A stretch of DNA of 62,246 nt, the filler included, from Kipferlia bialata (Eukaryota): NCBI GenBank assembly GCA_003568945.1. It is 8 parts of 7 records of this genome, joined end to end, with 100 filler letters (N's around TTAATTAATTAA, not from the genome) between each part and the next. Parts side by side here need not be neighbours in the genome. Positions count along the whole stretch, not along the records: positions 30,218 to 42,415 come from BDIP01001119.1; positions 42,516 to 46,731 come from BDIP01001120.1; positions 46,832 to 51,972 come from BDIP01001120.1; positions 52,073 to 58,150 come from BDIP01001125.1; 4 more parts are not named here. One strand, given 5' to 3'. Shown piece after piece: positions 39,679 to 52,785 of the stretch. Position 1 is the stretch's first letter, and the number at the start of each line of letters is the position of its first letter. Below the pieces are notes generated by a model. The model made no database searches and had not been told where the DNA came from. It saw only the letters and a list, made by a program, of their open reading frames with translations. A program made the translations under genes and the position numbers.

Positions 39679-42002
39679 ATGTACGACTCAATAGTGTCCT
39701 GCACGATTCCAGCCAAGCTTGGAGGGCTAGGTGTGAATGTATATGTTGACTCAATGCAGTGGTTAGCTATAGAATCTGAATAATCTTTGAATCTCACACA
39801 CCCCTTGTTAACTGGATAACATAGCCTATCAGTGGCGTCAGTATATATATGTATACTACCTTCGCCGACGGTTTCATTAACAGACATGTCCACGGCATCT
39901 CACTATTAAGAGCAAGCTTTTAGCCAGTCATAAGCCAGTATGACACCGAAATGTTGATAGTGTCATTGACACCGAGAAATGAACCTCACCCTCAGGTCTG
40001 GCCGGCCAGATGTTTGTGGTGACTGCGACCATGGCTGATGGCGAGACTGTCGACCTTGTCCTTAAGACCTCTCCCGCTGGGGCTAGGATGGCTGCAACCA
40101 GGTGTATGGTGTCCACGTTTTCTTTCTTCTTTGTCGCTTGGGATTGTCTCATTTCAGGGAGGTGGATCTGTACGATGCTGTTCGTAAGGGCACTATGCCC
40201 GAGGTGGCCAAGATATGCCCCATGGTTCTGACTGAGGAGGCTGACTACGAGACTGGCGAGATCAAGGTCGAATAGTGATCAGTCTATTTGTGACATTGTC
40301 ACACAGGACTTGCACCAACCTCAGGTTCTCATGGAGAACCTTGTCTCCGCTGGGTGCCTAGGAGTCAACTTCATCTGTGGCAACCAGATATGGGGCATGT
40401 CTGACGAGCAGAAGGCCAAGGTACTGAGTACTGGGTGCCCCATGCTTCTCGCCTGACCTCCTATCATTCTGATCCCAGATCCAGGACAGCACCTTCGACG
40501 TGGTAGAGGGGGCCTTTGTGTCTGCTGCCAGGTACAAGTCCTCCCGCTCTCTCAAGGGTACCCATGTCACTCGGAAGATTGTCTCCGAGCGTACCGTGTA
40601 GCTTATCTCTGACCGCTCATCCAGGATGCACGCTGCCACCTGGAATGACCCCGAGATCATGGCCCAGGGCTGGCTCAAGGGCGTCTCCTTCTTCGACGGT
40701 ACAGGTGGGTGGGTGTAGCGCTCTACCAGGATTTCCATCAGGTTCATTGTTTTACCCCAGGAAAGGAGGCATGGGAGAAGGCCATATTCAATGCCCGCTA
40801 CATGTGGAACAAGGGAAAGGCCAGGTACCCCGTGGTCTCTCCCTCTCCTACCCCTCCGCACCCATGCCCCCCCTCACCCCCCTAGGTTTGAGTCTGAGGA
40901 GCAGATGACCCTGTCCCCCAAGCTGCTCAAGCTCATGGACGACTCCCTGGCAGCCGCATCTTTCCAGGTGGGATAGTCAATCTGGCACCATCTATAGTAC
41001 TACCTCTGTCTGACTCAGGACATGAACGAGCGTGTCACCGACCCGTCCACCCCCTATGCCCTCTGCCACGGTGACTTCCACGCATCCAACATGTTCCTGA
41101 GGTAGTGTGAATGTAATGAGGCCTATATATATCAGTGTATATACATATATAGATAGTTATTAATATGCATACATAAGTAATCATCTGTATACTCATATAC
41201 ATCCATCATGTTCCTGAGGTGGGGAGGCACTCATGTTACTAGCCACTATTGTTTACGCGGGTCAGCACGGGTCTCCTGCCACTTGCTCTTACTCTCAGGC
41301 CCAAGACTGAGGGCGAGGAGGGAGATGTCGAGAAGATGGCTGACCGTATCGTCATGGTGGACTGGAGCGAGGTACGTGTCTATACTGTGTGACAATCTGA
41401 CACCTTGAGACACTCTGTATGTATGTACGTATGTGGGTGTGTACTCGTCCCCACCCCAGGTTGGTGTCTGGGAGCCCACGACCGACCTGGCCCAGATGAT
41501 AGTATCGGACACAAAGCCAGGTACGCAGTTGGATAAATGTATGTGTTGACACTAACGAAGGCTAGACTCAACTACTCCATTACTATGGAACACGTCACTC
41601 ACCCTCTAGAGATCATGGAGCGTACCAGGGAGCTGCTGGAGTCCTACCACGCCGCCCTGATCCGCTACAACCCAGCCATTGAGGCCGAGTACCCCATGGA
41701 CAAGTGCTGGGAGAGGTGGGGACCTATACTCTATGGGAGCTGAGTGATTGTCCTGTCTAACCTCTGGCCACTCATCCCCCAGGTTCTGCCTTGATGGTGC
41801 CTCCCGCTGGGTGTGGCTCTTTGCCATGCTCACTGGGTTCCCCATGCCCCCAGCTGCCCTCCAGGTGGGTGGTCTCTCTCAGTGTGCCATCAATTACAGT
41901 GCTCTACTCACTCACCCTCAGTACTTCCACGACCAGTTCCTGAGGTTCGTGGAGCTGCACGGGGACCACCCCATCTACCCCCTGGGCCAGGTCGTCCTGT
42001 AA
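39679..42002 (+). CDS. Ecdysteroid-kinase-like / aminoglycoside-phosphotransferase-like small-molecule kinase (start uncertain)
   Basis: DLVLKT, VLMENL, YALCHGDFHASNMFL, IVMVDWSEVG...PTTDLAQMI, ELLESYHAAL across many short exons. Confidence 0.82.
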
Positions 42003-42287
42003 GGGGACTATGACTCATATACATGAGGGGAGGATTGTACTTGTACACTTTAACCGTAGCGTAACAGATTATAGAAGAAATGTACCGTAAGACGTGAATA
42101 CCGAGTAAACAACAGACCAAGTGACTTCCTCCACATAGTGCAAACACACACAAAGTTTTACACATTTACTCTCGCACAGAGGCTAGACACCACCACAAGA
42201 TAAAACAAAATCATACTACATACAAAATGCGGCAAGAAATGGCAGATCACCCAATGTACAATACTCATTCTCCACTTAACACCAGAG

Positions 42288-42368
42288 TTACTCTGTGACG
42301 GGGGCGGGAGCCTCGACTGGCTCCATATCAAGCATGACAGGGGCAACGTCAATGGCAGGGCCAAGGTC
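42288..42368 (-). CDS. Terminal exon of an unidentified gene
   Basis: Acceptor after poly-C, then DLGPAIDVAPVMLDMEPVEAPAPVTE*. Confidence 0.55.
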   Translation of the reverse strand, partial: DLGPAIDVAPVMLDMEPVEAPAPVTE

Positions 42369-42415
42369 CTGGGGTTGGGGGGGGGGGGGGGGGGGGGAAA
42401 AAGGAAAAGGGGGGG

Positions 42416-42515
42416 NNNNNNNNNNNNNNNNNNNNNNNNNNNNNNNNNNNNNNNNNNNNTTAATTAATTAANNNNNNNNNNNNNNNNNNNNNNNNNNNNN
42501 NNNNNNNNNNNNNNN
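42416..42515. other. Artificial contig linker
   Basis: Same linker. Confidence 0.99.
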
Positions 42516-42629
42516 TGTGTATATCCCCCCCCCCCAGGGGCCCCCCCCCCCCCCCCCCCCCCCCCCGGATTCCCCACTATTATCATCTCTATCCCACTTT
42601 CTCTCTCACATCTACCCTTCCAACCCCAG

Positions 42630-45600
42630 GCTGCTGTGGCCCTGTGAGTGATCCAACAAAGTACAGGCTCAGGCACGCAGTGACCCACTCTCAGTCATAT
42701 ATTGATAGAGGAGTACACTGTCCAGTGGAGGCACCTAACGCACATCCATTCTCATACTCACAGTGTGAGTCACACACTCTCTCTCACCCCCCCCCCCTTC
42801 TCTCTCTATCTAACCCCAGATCCATCCTGGGCGAGGGTGTGTTCTCCAGGGTGTATGAGGGAGAGGACACGGGGAAGGTAGGGTCAGAGGATTTGAGTGG
42901 AAGAGTAGTATAATTTCAGTGTCTTCCTCTACCACTATATAGATACCCACTCCCAGGTGGCGACACAGACTGACAGGGAGAGAGACAGCGAACAGTATCT
43001 GGTGGCCATCAAGATCATCAAGAGTGATCCACTATACAGGTATCGGTATACATACTGTGTATTGCTAATTGTGAACCCCTACCCCCCCTCACCCCAGTGA
43101 GTGGTGCCGTAGAGAGGTCAGGGTGGTGAAGTTCCTCTCCCAGATGGACCCCCATGACCTGATGGGGCTCAGTAGGTGGGGGTTCTTTGTACTACGTCTA
43201 GGTCAAATATCCATGAGTTTCTGTCTCTCCCATAAGGCTAGATGATATGCATATGAATAAGTATATGCACTGTATTACCATATCATTACTTTTGCTCTAT
43301 TTCTTACCCCAGAATCAACAACGTGTTCACCTACAAGCACCACCTGTGTGTGATATCACCCCTCGGACCAAGGTGGGTACCTTTCTATGTGTCCACACTC
43401 ATTCACCTCTGATTATGTGGTCTATCCTTGTGGTTAGACGGGTTCAACACCTGTTTGCTGAGTGTCAAGAATCCTGTGCCATACCATCCCCCACCCCAGG
43501 TTCAATCTGTTCAAGTTCATCAAGAACCTGGCCTCCCAGAGGAAGGCCGAGATGCAGCAGAGGGGGAGAGAGGTACGGATAGATCTATACTATATATTAA
43601 CATATGTATGTCTGCAGTGATAATCTCACCCCAGATGCAGACGTGTGTGGGCATGCGCCTTATGGAGTCTGTCAGACAGATCCTGGGTCTCCTCACAATG
43701 TCCCTTAGGTGAGCCATCAGTGTCATTCCGCACACAGATTAGAATAGTAGTACTTTAACTGTATACCAGCATCAGACTCATGCCTCACCCCCAGGTTCAT
43801 CCATGCCTTTGGCGTTGTGCACTCAGATTTGAAGCCAGAGAACGTGCTGTACAGTGGAAAGCCAGTGTACGTCACATATCTGCACACACACTGCCACTCA
43901 CCACCTCTCTCTCCTCACCTACACCCTTTACTCACCCTTCAGACCTGGCCAGGGCAGGGGCATCAACGGACTGGTGGAGCCTAGTAACGATGTGAGTGAG
44001 TGTGTATCCTGCTAACTATATATATTGTATGCTCATATCGTGTCTCTCTCTCACTGTCAGGTTGTCAAGTCCTATGTGTCATGCTTCCTGGCCAAGCAGT
44101 ACCCAGATGTGCCCACCACAGACATTGCCAGATACCTCGATGTGGACAGTGTGGGTGATCATCAGATGGGGGCGAAGCTCAGGTGATTAGTCAATGCAAC
44201 ATATATAGCATTGTGGTACTATAATCCTTATCCCTCTATCTTACTGACTCCTAGACTCATTGACTATGGAAGTGCCTTTGTGGCAGTACCCGAGAACCAC
44301 AAGGTTAGTCCATATGCACACTGAACACACTGTACACTATGTCTCTATATATCCCACCCTGTCCTTACCCCTAGGACTGGCCCAAGCGGGTGGCCTCTCT
44401 GTTCTACAGAGCACCCGAGGTGGTACTCACCAACACAGAGTACTACAGGTGGGGCACTAGCAATTATTGTTACGCAAATTTAGAATTGATTTCCACACAT
44501 ACACTCACCCCAGCCCTGCCACGAACATCTGGGCATACATATCCATATATGTATATTTACACACACACTCTTTCTCACTAACTATATAGATATCTATATT
44601 GACAATGCTGATATCAGCCCTGCCATGGACATCTGGGCCCTGGGCTGCATAGCCTTTGAGCTGTTGGCAGGCAGGCCCCTCTTCCATGCCGAGGATGGGA
44701 AGGGGGTGCTGGAGAGACAGAAGTCTATGATTGGGGAGCTGCCTCAGTGTCTGGGGGCTAGGTGGGTGGATGTGTGTATATACCTGTAATGATATACGCA
44801 TACATCAAAAGGGCTAGTATAGTATTTCTAGTGTATACTCCCTCTCCCCCAGCAACCGGCCTGTCAATATATATGTTAATATATACATGTCTACTCCTCA
44901 CCCAGCAACCGGCCTGTCAAGAGAGTCAACCAGGGCATTGGGATGGGCATGTCCCAATCACACTCGGGCAGTCAGTCGGGTATCAGCCTGTCACAGCAGG
45001 GGTACATGGTACGCATGAGTGTGTATGTATATATATGTGTATATAGTGACACCCACCCCAGAACCAGACCACCCAGGGCCGGGACCAGGCCTCTGAGGGT
45101 ACAGATGCCTCCTCCCTCAAGAACATCCAGATGGCACTGAACAAGGGCATCAACTGGGGGATGGTGCCGGAGGGCAGTGCAGTCCCACTCAACCAGGACG
45201 AGGAGTTCAAGCAGTCATTCATGGAGCTCTCCTCGTTCATTGGGGGTGAGGACGGGTCTCTCTCTATTACTCTGTCTCTCTCTCTCTCCACCTCTCTCTA
45301 ACCCCCAGCATGTCTTCGCATGCACCCCGAGAGACGTGACACTGCCAGACAGCTTATGACCCACCCCTTCCTCAGACCATTCCTGGCACGGATGAGACAG
45401 CAGGTGCGGTAGATGTTTATGTGTGTATGGAGGGTGTATCCTGGACACGCATCTTATCTAGTACTTGTAGATGATGCAGTGGGGTTATATATATTCCATC
45501 TAGCCGTACAATGCTCCTAACCCCCAGCGCTTCCTACGTCTCCCTGCTGTCGACAGCCTCCCTGCCTCCAACGCACTCTTCCAGCACACACTGACAGGCA

Positions 45601-46082
45601 TATACCCAGAGAACGAGGAGCTGAGGTATGGAGGCGTAGATACAATGGCAGTATTTACAAGTATGTTTCTATGTATATATACTACCTAAATCACCGCTCA
45701 CCCCAGGTACAGCCCCATCGATGGCGTGTCCCCCACCTATAACTATAGGATAGGGGACAGGACATACGGACCAGGGGCCATGCTCAACTCTTACATCAAG
45801 AGAATATCAACAAAGGTGCGTGTCAGTCTCTTTTGGATCATCGCTGTTTCTTAATAATTCTAGTCCGTGGTATATACATACTCTGTACTGTATATACTGA
45901 CGCCTTACCCCAGGTCTCCCTGTTAGGTCTAGACATTCCCCATGAGAGCAATGTTTGCTACCCATTCCTGGCAGCAGGTGGGAGGGTGCTAGAACTGTAT
46001 TCAATTGAATGTCTGACGCAGACATTGGTGTTATAATGTACTTACTCCAGGTGCCTTCACAGAGCAGCCCAAGAAGCGCTAG
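42630..46082 (+). CDS. 5'-partial CMGC kinase, DYRK/YAK1/HIPK-like
   Basis: LGEGVFSRV, VAIKIIK, VHSDLKPENVL, LIDYGSA, SLFYRAPEVVL, MDIWALGCIAFELLAGRPLF. Confidence 0.9.
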
Positions 46083-46365
46083 GTACTGTGGATGGCTACA
46101 CGTGTTTGTGAATGACCCTTTGGGAGTCTTCCTCTTGATTCTGTCTTTGCGATGTCTGGAATGCATTGGACCAAGTAATAGACATCCACCAGTGGTCTCT
46201 CTCTATTGCAGTGTCATAACAAATGCATGACGAAAATGAATGGTGCAATTCAACCACCCAACTAACTACTCCAGAGTCTCAAGACTCATTAAAGAATATA
46301 CCAGTGGTATACATGTCCCTTGTATCTCCACCTAGCACCTGACCTCTCTCTCTCTCTCTCCTCCC

Positions 46366-46675
46366 CTACTCCTTCTTCTCCTTGTCTTCTGCCTCCACTG
46401 CACACCAGGGCAGGGCAGACCGGGCCCAGAAGAAGTATCTGGGGGTGAGGGTGGAGGATGGTGTATATATGATGTGAACACTTTATAGAAACTTGGAAAG
46501 GCAAAGGATGTGTATGCTATATACTCGTATAGATACACCAAACCCATACCTCACGATAGGGATGTTGGAGCTGACACCAGCCAAGGCCCCGCAGATAGGG
46601 AGGGAGAGGGTGTGGCCGAATCTGGGAAGGACAAACTTGAGGCACAGGAAGACGAGGATGGGGGTGAGGGCTACC
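46366..46675 (-). CDS. 5'-partial small two-TM membrane protein, VMA21-like
   Basis: Two exons give VALTPILVFLCLKFVL...ICGALAGVSSNIPIVRYFFWA...EDKEKKE* with a C-terminal KxKxx ER-retrieval motif. Confidence 0.55.
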
Positions 46676-46731
46676 CTGGAGAGTGAGGAAGAGGGGGGGG
46701 GGGGGGGGGGGGGGGGAGGGGGGGAAAGCTA

Positions 46732-46831
46732 NNNNNNNNNNNNNNNNNNNNNNNNNNNNNNNNNNNNNNNNNNNNTTAATTAATTAANNNNNNNNNNNNN
46801 NNNNNNNNNNNNNNNNNNNNNNNNNNNNNNN
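46732..46831. other. Artificial contig linker
   Basis: Same linker. Confidence 0.99.
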
Positions 46832-46921
46832 TTACTAGTCCGCCCGCCCCCCCCCCCCCCCCCCCCCCTCTTCCCCCACCCACACCCACATGTCTCTATC
46901 CTGTGTACCCTTGACCGTCAG

Positions 46922-48077
46922 GAGTATGTCACGTCAGAGGCACAGCTACAGGACACCATTGAGGGACTGAAGCAGGAGGTGCATACCCTAGAGGTAGCCA
47001 GGGAGGATGACAGCGTAGGTGAGGGCAGTGGTAGCTGTGTGTCTGAGGCATAGTGTTATACTCTATTCAATGATAGTATCCCCCCCTGACCCCAGGCCTG
47101 TCCCAGGTTCGTGACCTCCATGCCCAGATACTGGCCAGGGTGGCTGATCTGAAGTACAATGCCGCAAAGGTGGCCAAGGACAAGGAGGGGGCGGTGCGGC
47201 AGAGGTTCAGGGGGAGGCTGGCGGAGATTGAGGCAGAGCTGAGTGTGGAGAGGAAGAGAGAGCCTGACAGCGACACCCTCAACCTGGTCAAGACATACAA
47301 GCAGAAGAGTATTCAGCTAGACCTGATCAAGGGCAGGTGCCAGGTATGGAGTGGCTCAGTTGTCTAAGTACTATGACCAGTACTCTCCCTACCTCTACCC
47401 CCCTACCCCCCAGGCCATGCACACCGAGAACGATGCGCTCAAGGCTGCCATCGATGATGCACGGGCAGAGATACAGGTACAGGCAACACACATCCGTCAC
47501 TCATGCATGCCTTATCAACTCTCTCTCTCTCTCTCCCCCCTATATCCCACCCCAGGCCAGGGAGCAGGACAGCGACATAGCCAGGGAGGAGATTGACGAG
47601 AGTGGGCGCCGCATCAAGCATCTACAGACTGAGGTGGAGCAGCTGCTGGCCTCTCTGGCGAGTGTGGAGGCCGAGACAGAGGAGCAGGAGGAGGAGGCCA
47701 GACAGAGGGCAGAGCCCACCCTGACAGCAGAGGAGATGGCAGGCATGGAGAAGAGCAGAGCAATAGCAGATGCGCTGAGGGCAGAGGGCAGGAAGCTGAG
47801 GCTGCAGGTCGAGACGTCCAGACGCCACACCGCTGACATGCGCAGTGAGCTCACAGCCAGCATAGCCGACAGGAACAGAATAGCAGAGATTGTGGCAGGG
47901 TGTCTGAAGTCTGTGAAGAGGGATGTGGGGAGTGTGGACCTGGGCAACAAGGACAGGAAGAGCAGGGCGGCCTTTGTGAGGGAGCTCATGGGGCAGCAGG
48001 AGATGTTTGATGCCCTGCAGAGGGTGCTGGGCAGGCCCATATCAGTCAGCCAGCTGGACCCCTTCGTCAACACATAG
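46922..48077 (+). CDS. 5'-partial coiled-coil protein
   Basis: Four exons, E/K/R/A-rich heptads, ends SQLDPFVNT*. Confidence 0.8.
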
Positions 48078-48272
48078 ACATGTACAGTACATGGTGCATA
48101 GGAGTATGGGGGTGTCATGTTTTCTGTTCTGTTGAGAGTTGTATTGTGTGTAAGAATGTGTTCTCTGTACACCGGACATGGATAGTAACCATGGTATCTC
48201 ATACATGAATTAACACCTACCAAAGGTATACTACAGACCATACGGCGTATATTGTGACAGGCATGCATCCAA

Positions 48273-51200
48273 CTAGGGTTTGGACTGCATGTAGAGGGGC
48301 TCCAGTATCTGTGATATGTACTCCAGGGCAGCTGCCGCCGCCACCTTCTCCCACGTGGCATAGGGGTCACGACCCACCCCCTCCAGCATCTGTCTCAGCC
48401 TGGCCAGATAGGCACCACACGCACCGGTACCCACCCGTCCTGCCTCCTTACACACCTCTAGAGACGCAGGGCCAGTGTAGCCCCTTTCGCGGGGGGGCTC
48501 CCAGTTGCCTTCGAAGAAGCACACACATGCTCCATGGACCTCCACTGCGGCTATCATCAGCGCCACCTCTCTGCCGAACCCATCCTCCTCCATCTCTGAC
48601 GCATAGTCTGCCTGGGCTGTTTGGAAGTCTCTGCCTGCCTTGGCGGGGAGGCCCTGCAGCAGTCGTGTACCGGACAGCCACTTGCGGTACGTCTTCTCAG
48701 CTATGTGGCGGGGCCTGACTGGCACGTATGCCCTCTGGTCCCCCTGTTTGACAGGGCACAGCTCCCAGGGCCAGAAGAGACCCCCCGACCCCGATACCTC
48801 CCACGCCCCAGAGGCCAGGGGCTGGTACCAGTCAGCGTGGGGGTCTGTGGCGTCGTCGCCACCCGCAACCTCGATGAAACCCAGTGGGTATCGGCCCTTG
48901 TGAGGGGGGCCTAGCACCACACCTGGGTCCAGAGAGGCTAGCCCTGTCTCACTACCCTCAGTGTCAGCCAGGAGGACCCTCACCCACTCACCCACTCGGT
49001 AGACTGGGGGAGTGTGTCCAGCACCTGCCACCCGCCGCCCTGTCGCCCTCCCTCCCCCTGCTGCCCTAGTACTAGGTGGTGACACTGGGGGATGGGGTGT
49101 GTCTGACGCCTCAGTGTCTACAGAGAGGTCAGGGGCAAAGCGCATGAACTCTTCCAGAGTGACTACAGGGGACGCAGTGTCAGCCTGGAGACGGTACAGC
49201 AGGGGGATAGACACCTTGAGGGCCTCCTCCCCTACCTCCTGGGAGGCCAGGGATAGTACACCCGAGGCAGAGGGGAGGGGGTGCACCCCTAGTCTGAGGT
49301 GGAGCACAAACCAGTTGGCCCTAGCCTTGGCCAGTTGGTCCTGGTCCGGCACCCTCCCCAGGCCCTCCCGGCACCGCCTCTCAGAGGTCGATGTACGGAG
49401 CCTGTCCATGCCTAGGATAGAGGCACTGACGTAGGGTATGCTCCACTCTGCCACTCTCTCCAGGATGTCACCCCCTGAGGCAGGCAGACCTGCCATGGCC
49501 CGGAGGAAGGGGTAGGAGTACGCCTTGATATACTCCTGGAGGGCATCTCTCACCACAACCACGGCTGGCTTGGTGGTGCTCTGGCCTAGCAGGTCGTCGA
49601 AGGGCCGCTGGACAGAGGCAAAGAGCCTGCTCCCGGCACTGGATGTCTTGGCCACCAGAGCAGGGGGGAGCTTGTCTGGCTCACCATCCTGACTCGTCAG
49701 AGGTATGTGTAGTGTAAGTATATATATGATCGTAGATGAAAACAGTGGAGCTTGGACACCCTTGTTAGTCCCATAACGAGAACAATTACATCGGAAGAGA
49801 GTATCATAGGGGACGCCGCACCTTGGGGAAGAAACACTTGTACAGGGGCGTCGCTGGGAATACCACAGCCTTCTGAGCACCCCTCTGGGACCGTTGGCTC
49901 TTCTGACTCTTCTGACTCTTCTGACTCTTCTGACTGGCCCTCTTCCTCACCCCCTTCTTCCCTGCCTTCCCTGCCTTCTCTGTGAGTGGTACTCTCCTGG
50001 GGCTCTCTGGGATGTCGAGGCTGCCTCTGTCCTGGGACAGGAGAGAGGGTGCACCTGATGCCCCATACCCAGGGGAGAGAGAGAGAGAGGTGCCGAGGGA
50101 CTGGGTGGTGAGGGACATGTCCAGATCGGTGTCACCCTCGGCAGACAGAGTGGGCTGAGGGACTCTGCCAGTGACAGGGGTCACACCCACCCTGCCCCCT
50201 CTCCTCTTGCCCACTGTGTCCTTAGACACCTGTGGGGTGTACTGCGGCATACGTTTGACAGGGGGAGACACAGAGGGGAGGCCCCTGCGAGCATCTACCT
50301 CACTAGAGCGCTTACCACCTGCCATCCCATGTGTGTCCCTATCCCCATCCCTTCGATTGGTATGGGGTGTACTGGTAGGTGCAGTAGGGACATGTATCCT
50401 GTCTGTCTGGACCTGGGTGTCCACACCTCTCACCCTCAGTCTCCGCTGGGTCTCTCTCTCCACTTCCAGCGTCCTCTCCCTCTCTCTATCCCTCTCCCTC
50501 TCCCTCTCCCTTTCCCTCTCCTTCTCTGCTGCCACCTGGTGCAGCCTGGCTATCTCTGCCGCCTGTTCACTGGTCCTCTGCTGCAGCGTGGCCCTCTCTC
50601 TCTGCCACTGTGCCCTGTCCCTATCCCTCCCACCCTGCCCTCCCCCTCCCTCGGCCACCATCAGCCCACTCGACACCCCACACGCCACAGTCTGCACTAT
50701 GTCCCGGTGGGTGGGGCCCCGGACAGGCGTGGCACGCACAAGGCTGGGGGTGAGGGGGGAGAGCGCATGGAGATATTGAACATCAGAGAATATGTAGATA
50801 GATTGTGTACACACAATACATATAGCTATATATATATACCTAGTCACGTCCACCCTGGGTATGTCACCCAGCTGCCCTGTGCGTATGTAGGCCAGCAGGG
50901 TCTGGGCCATCTGGGTCTTGTTCTGGTTGGCAGACTCACACCCTATCATGGTGACAAGGCCCTGCAAGTCCTGCGTCAGAAGGATCGTGTAGGAATAGAC
51001 CATGTAAACCCAGTCTGAAACACCCAGTCTGAAATACTGAGCATGCTTGTAACTCGAGTATAGAAAGGCGCTTCAACCATACACCCACCTGCCGACTGAG
51101 CTTGTTCTCGCCTATCCGCCTGGCCACCCTCTTGTCAGGCTCAAACACACCCCCACCCCTGGTGGCGTTGGACAGCACCACCTGGACATTAGTATGATAA

Positions 51201-51888
51201 TACATTATAGACTCAACTATTAGATATATGTATAAGTATTATAATATACTAGAGACTCTACTATTATATACATGTATAAGCACTATGGTACCTTGAGCAC
51301 GTCCTGGGGGAGCATGGCAGGGGTTGTGGGGGCAGGAGGCCGGGTGCGGGAGGGGGCAGCGTGGGGGGCAGGCGGGTGCGTGCTGTCCCGCCCACCCACC
51401 TGGGACACTGCCCTCTCCACCGTACCCTTCCCTGTGCCTGTGCCTGAGGGTCTAGATGGTAGGACAGGCCGCATCCCTGTCATGTGGCTAGTGCTCACAC
51501 GCTGACTACTTGGCGGTCGCACTCCGATATCACGGTGACGGTCTCTGTCAATGGAAGGTCTCTCTCTCTCCCTCTCCCTCTCTCTCTCCGCCAGTGGTGG
51601 TCGAGCAGTGAATGACTGGGTACGGGATGTAGATGTAGCGAAGGACTCCTTCCGCGGGAGGCTGTCGCTCACTGCCTCCCTCCCCCTCCCCCTGTCCCCC
51701 TCCCGTACCTGGGTCAGAGAGGTGGTGGAGGCACGACGCACAGAGCCAGACACAGGCTGTGTGTATGTGGTGTCTCTGGGCTGGGGTCTCCCACCCCTTG
51801 TGTCACTGCGCCTCGGCTCCTGATGTGGCTGTTGTCTGGGCTCTTGTTGCGTCATGGGCTGGGAGGGGGCCTGGGTGAACCTCAGGGC
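48273..51888 (-). CDS. 5'-partial large hypothetical protein with long disordered regions and a globular C-terminal part
   Basis: Long open exons (about 51292-51888, 51089-51181, 50840-50971, 49810-50743, 48273-49689) with typical acceptors; no family recognised. Confidence 0.75.
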
Positions 51889-51972
51889 CTGGGGGTCAGG
51901 GTTAAGGGGGAATGATGTGTGAAGGGAGAGGACGGGGGGGGGGGGGGGGGGGGGGGGGCCCAAGAGGGGGCG

Positions 51973-52072
51973 NNNNNNNNNNNNNNNNNNNNNNNNNNNN
52001 NNNNNNNNNNNNNNNNTTAATTAATTAANNNNNNNNNNNNNNNNNNNNNNNNNNNNNNNNNNNNNNNNNNNN
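51973..52072. other. Artificial contig linker
   Basis: Same linker. Confidence 0.99.
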
Positions 52073-52187
52073 CACTCAATTGGCTATGTCTTCCGTCTCT
52101 CTCTCTCTCCCCCCCCCACCCCACCCGCCTTGGTATACCCTCATTCTTTAACCTATCTACCCCTCTTATCTTGTCCTGACCCCTCAG

Positions 52188-52748
52188 GAAGCAGGTCCTG
52201 GTTGACATCCAGGCCCAGATGGACGGGCAGGGCATAGTCAACCCAGAGGTGGGTGTATTCATTAACTATTTATATATACATTAGTATATAGAACTAATAA
52301 GTGCTGTGTGTGAGCCCACTGACCCTCAGTCCTTCGACCACGCCCTCGTGGCCAAGGCTGTGTGCAACTTCATCTCCACTGATGTGTCTGTCGCTGTGGC
52401 CACTGCTGGGTGCACCCTGGTCACATCCATGTGTCTGCACTGTGCAGGGGGGGTGGCACCACACGCAAAGGAGTACCTCAAGGTACAGACACAACAATGT
52501 AACATACCATATTTCCCCTCTGATATACCTGCCATTTATATATATATATATATGAATACATATCGCTTTCTTCAATATATACTCACATATATATACCTCA
52601 CCTTCAGGCCATTCTGGGCCGTCTGCGTGAGAAGAAGCTGACCACCGTCAAGTACTGCTCCACAGCTGCCTTCTCCGTATTCCTGGTCGCCAAGATGGAT
52701 GACGTCTACCCCCCATTCAACGCATCACTACGGTAAGTGTGTGTGAGG

Positions 52749-52785
<37 letters not shown>

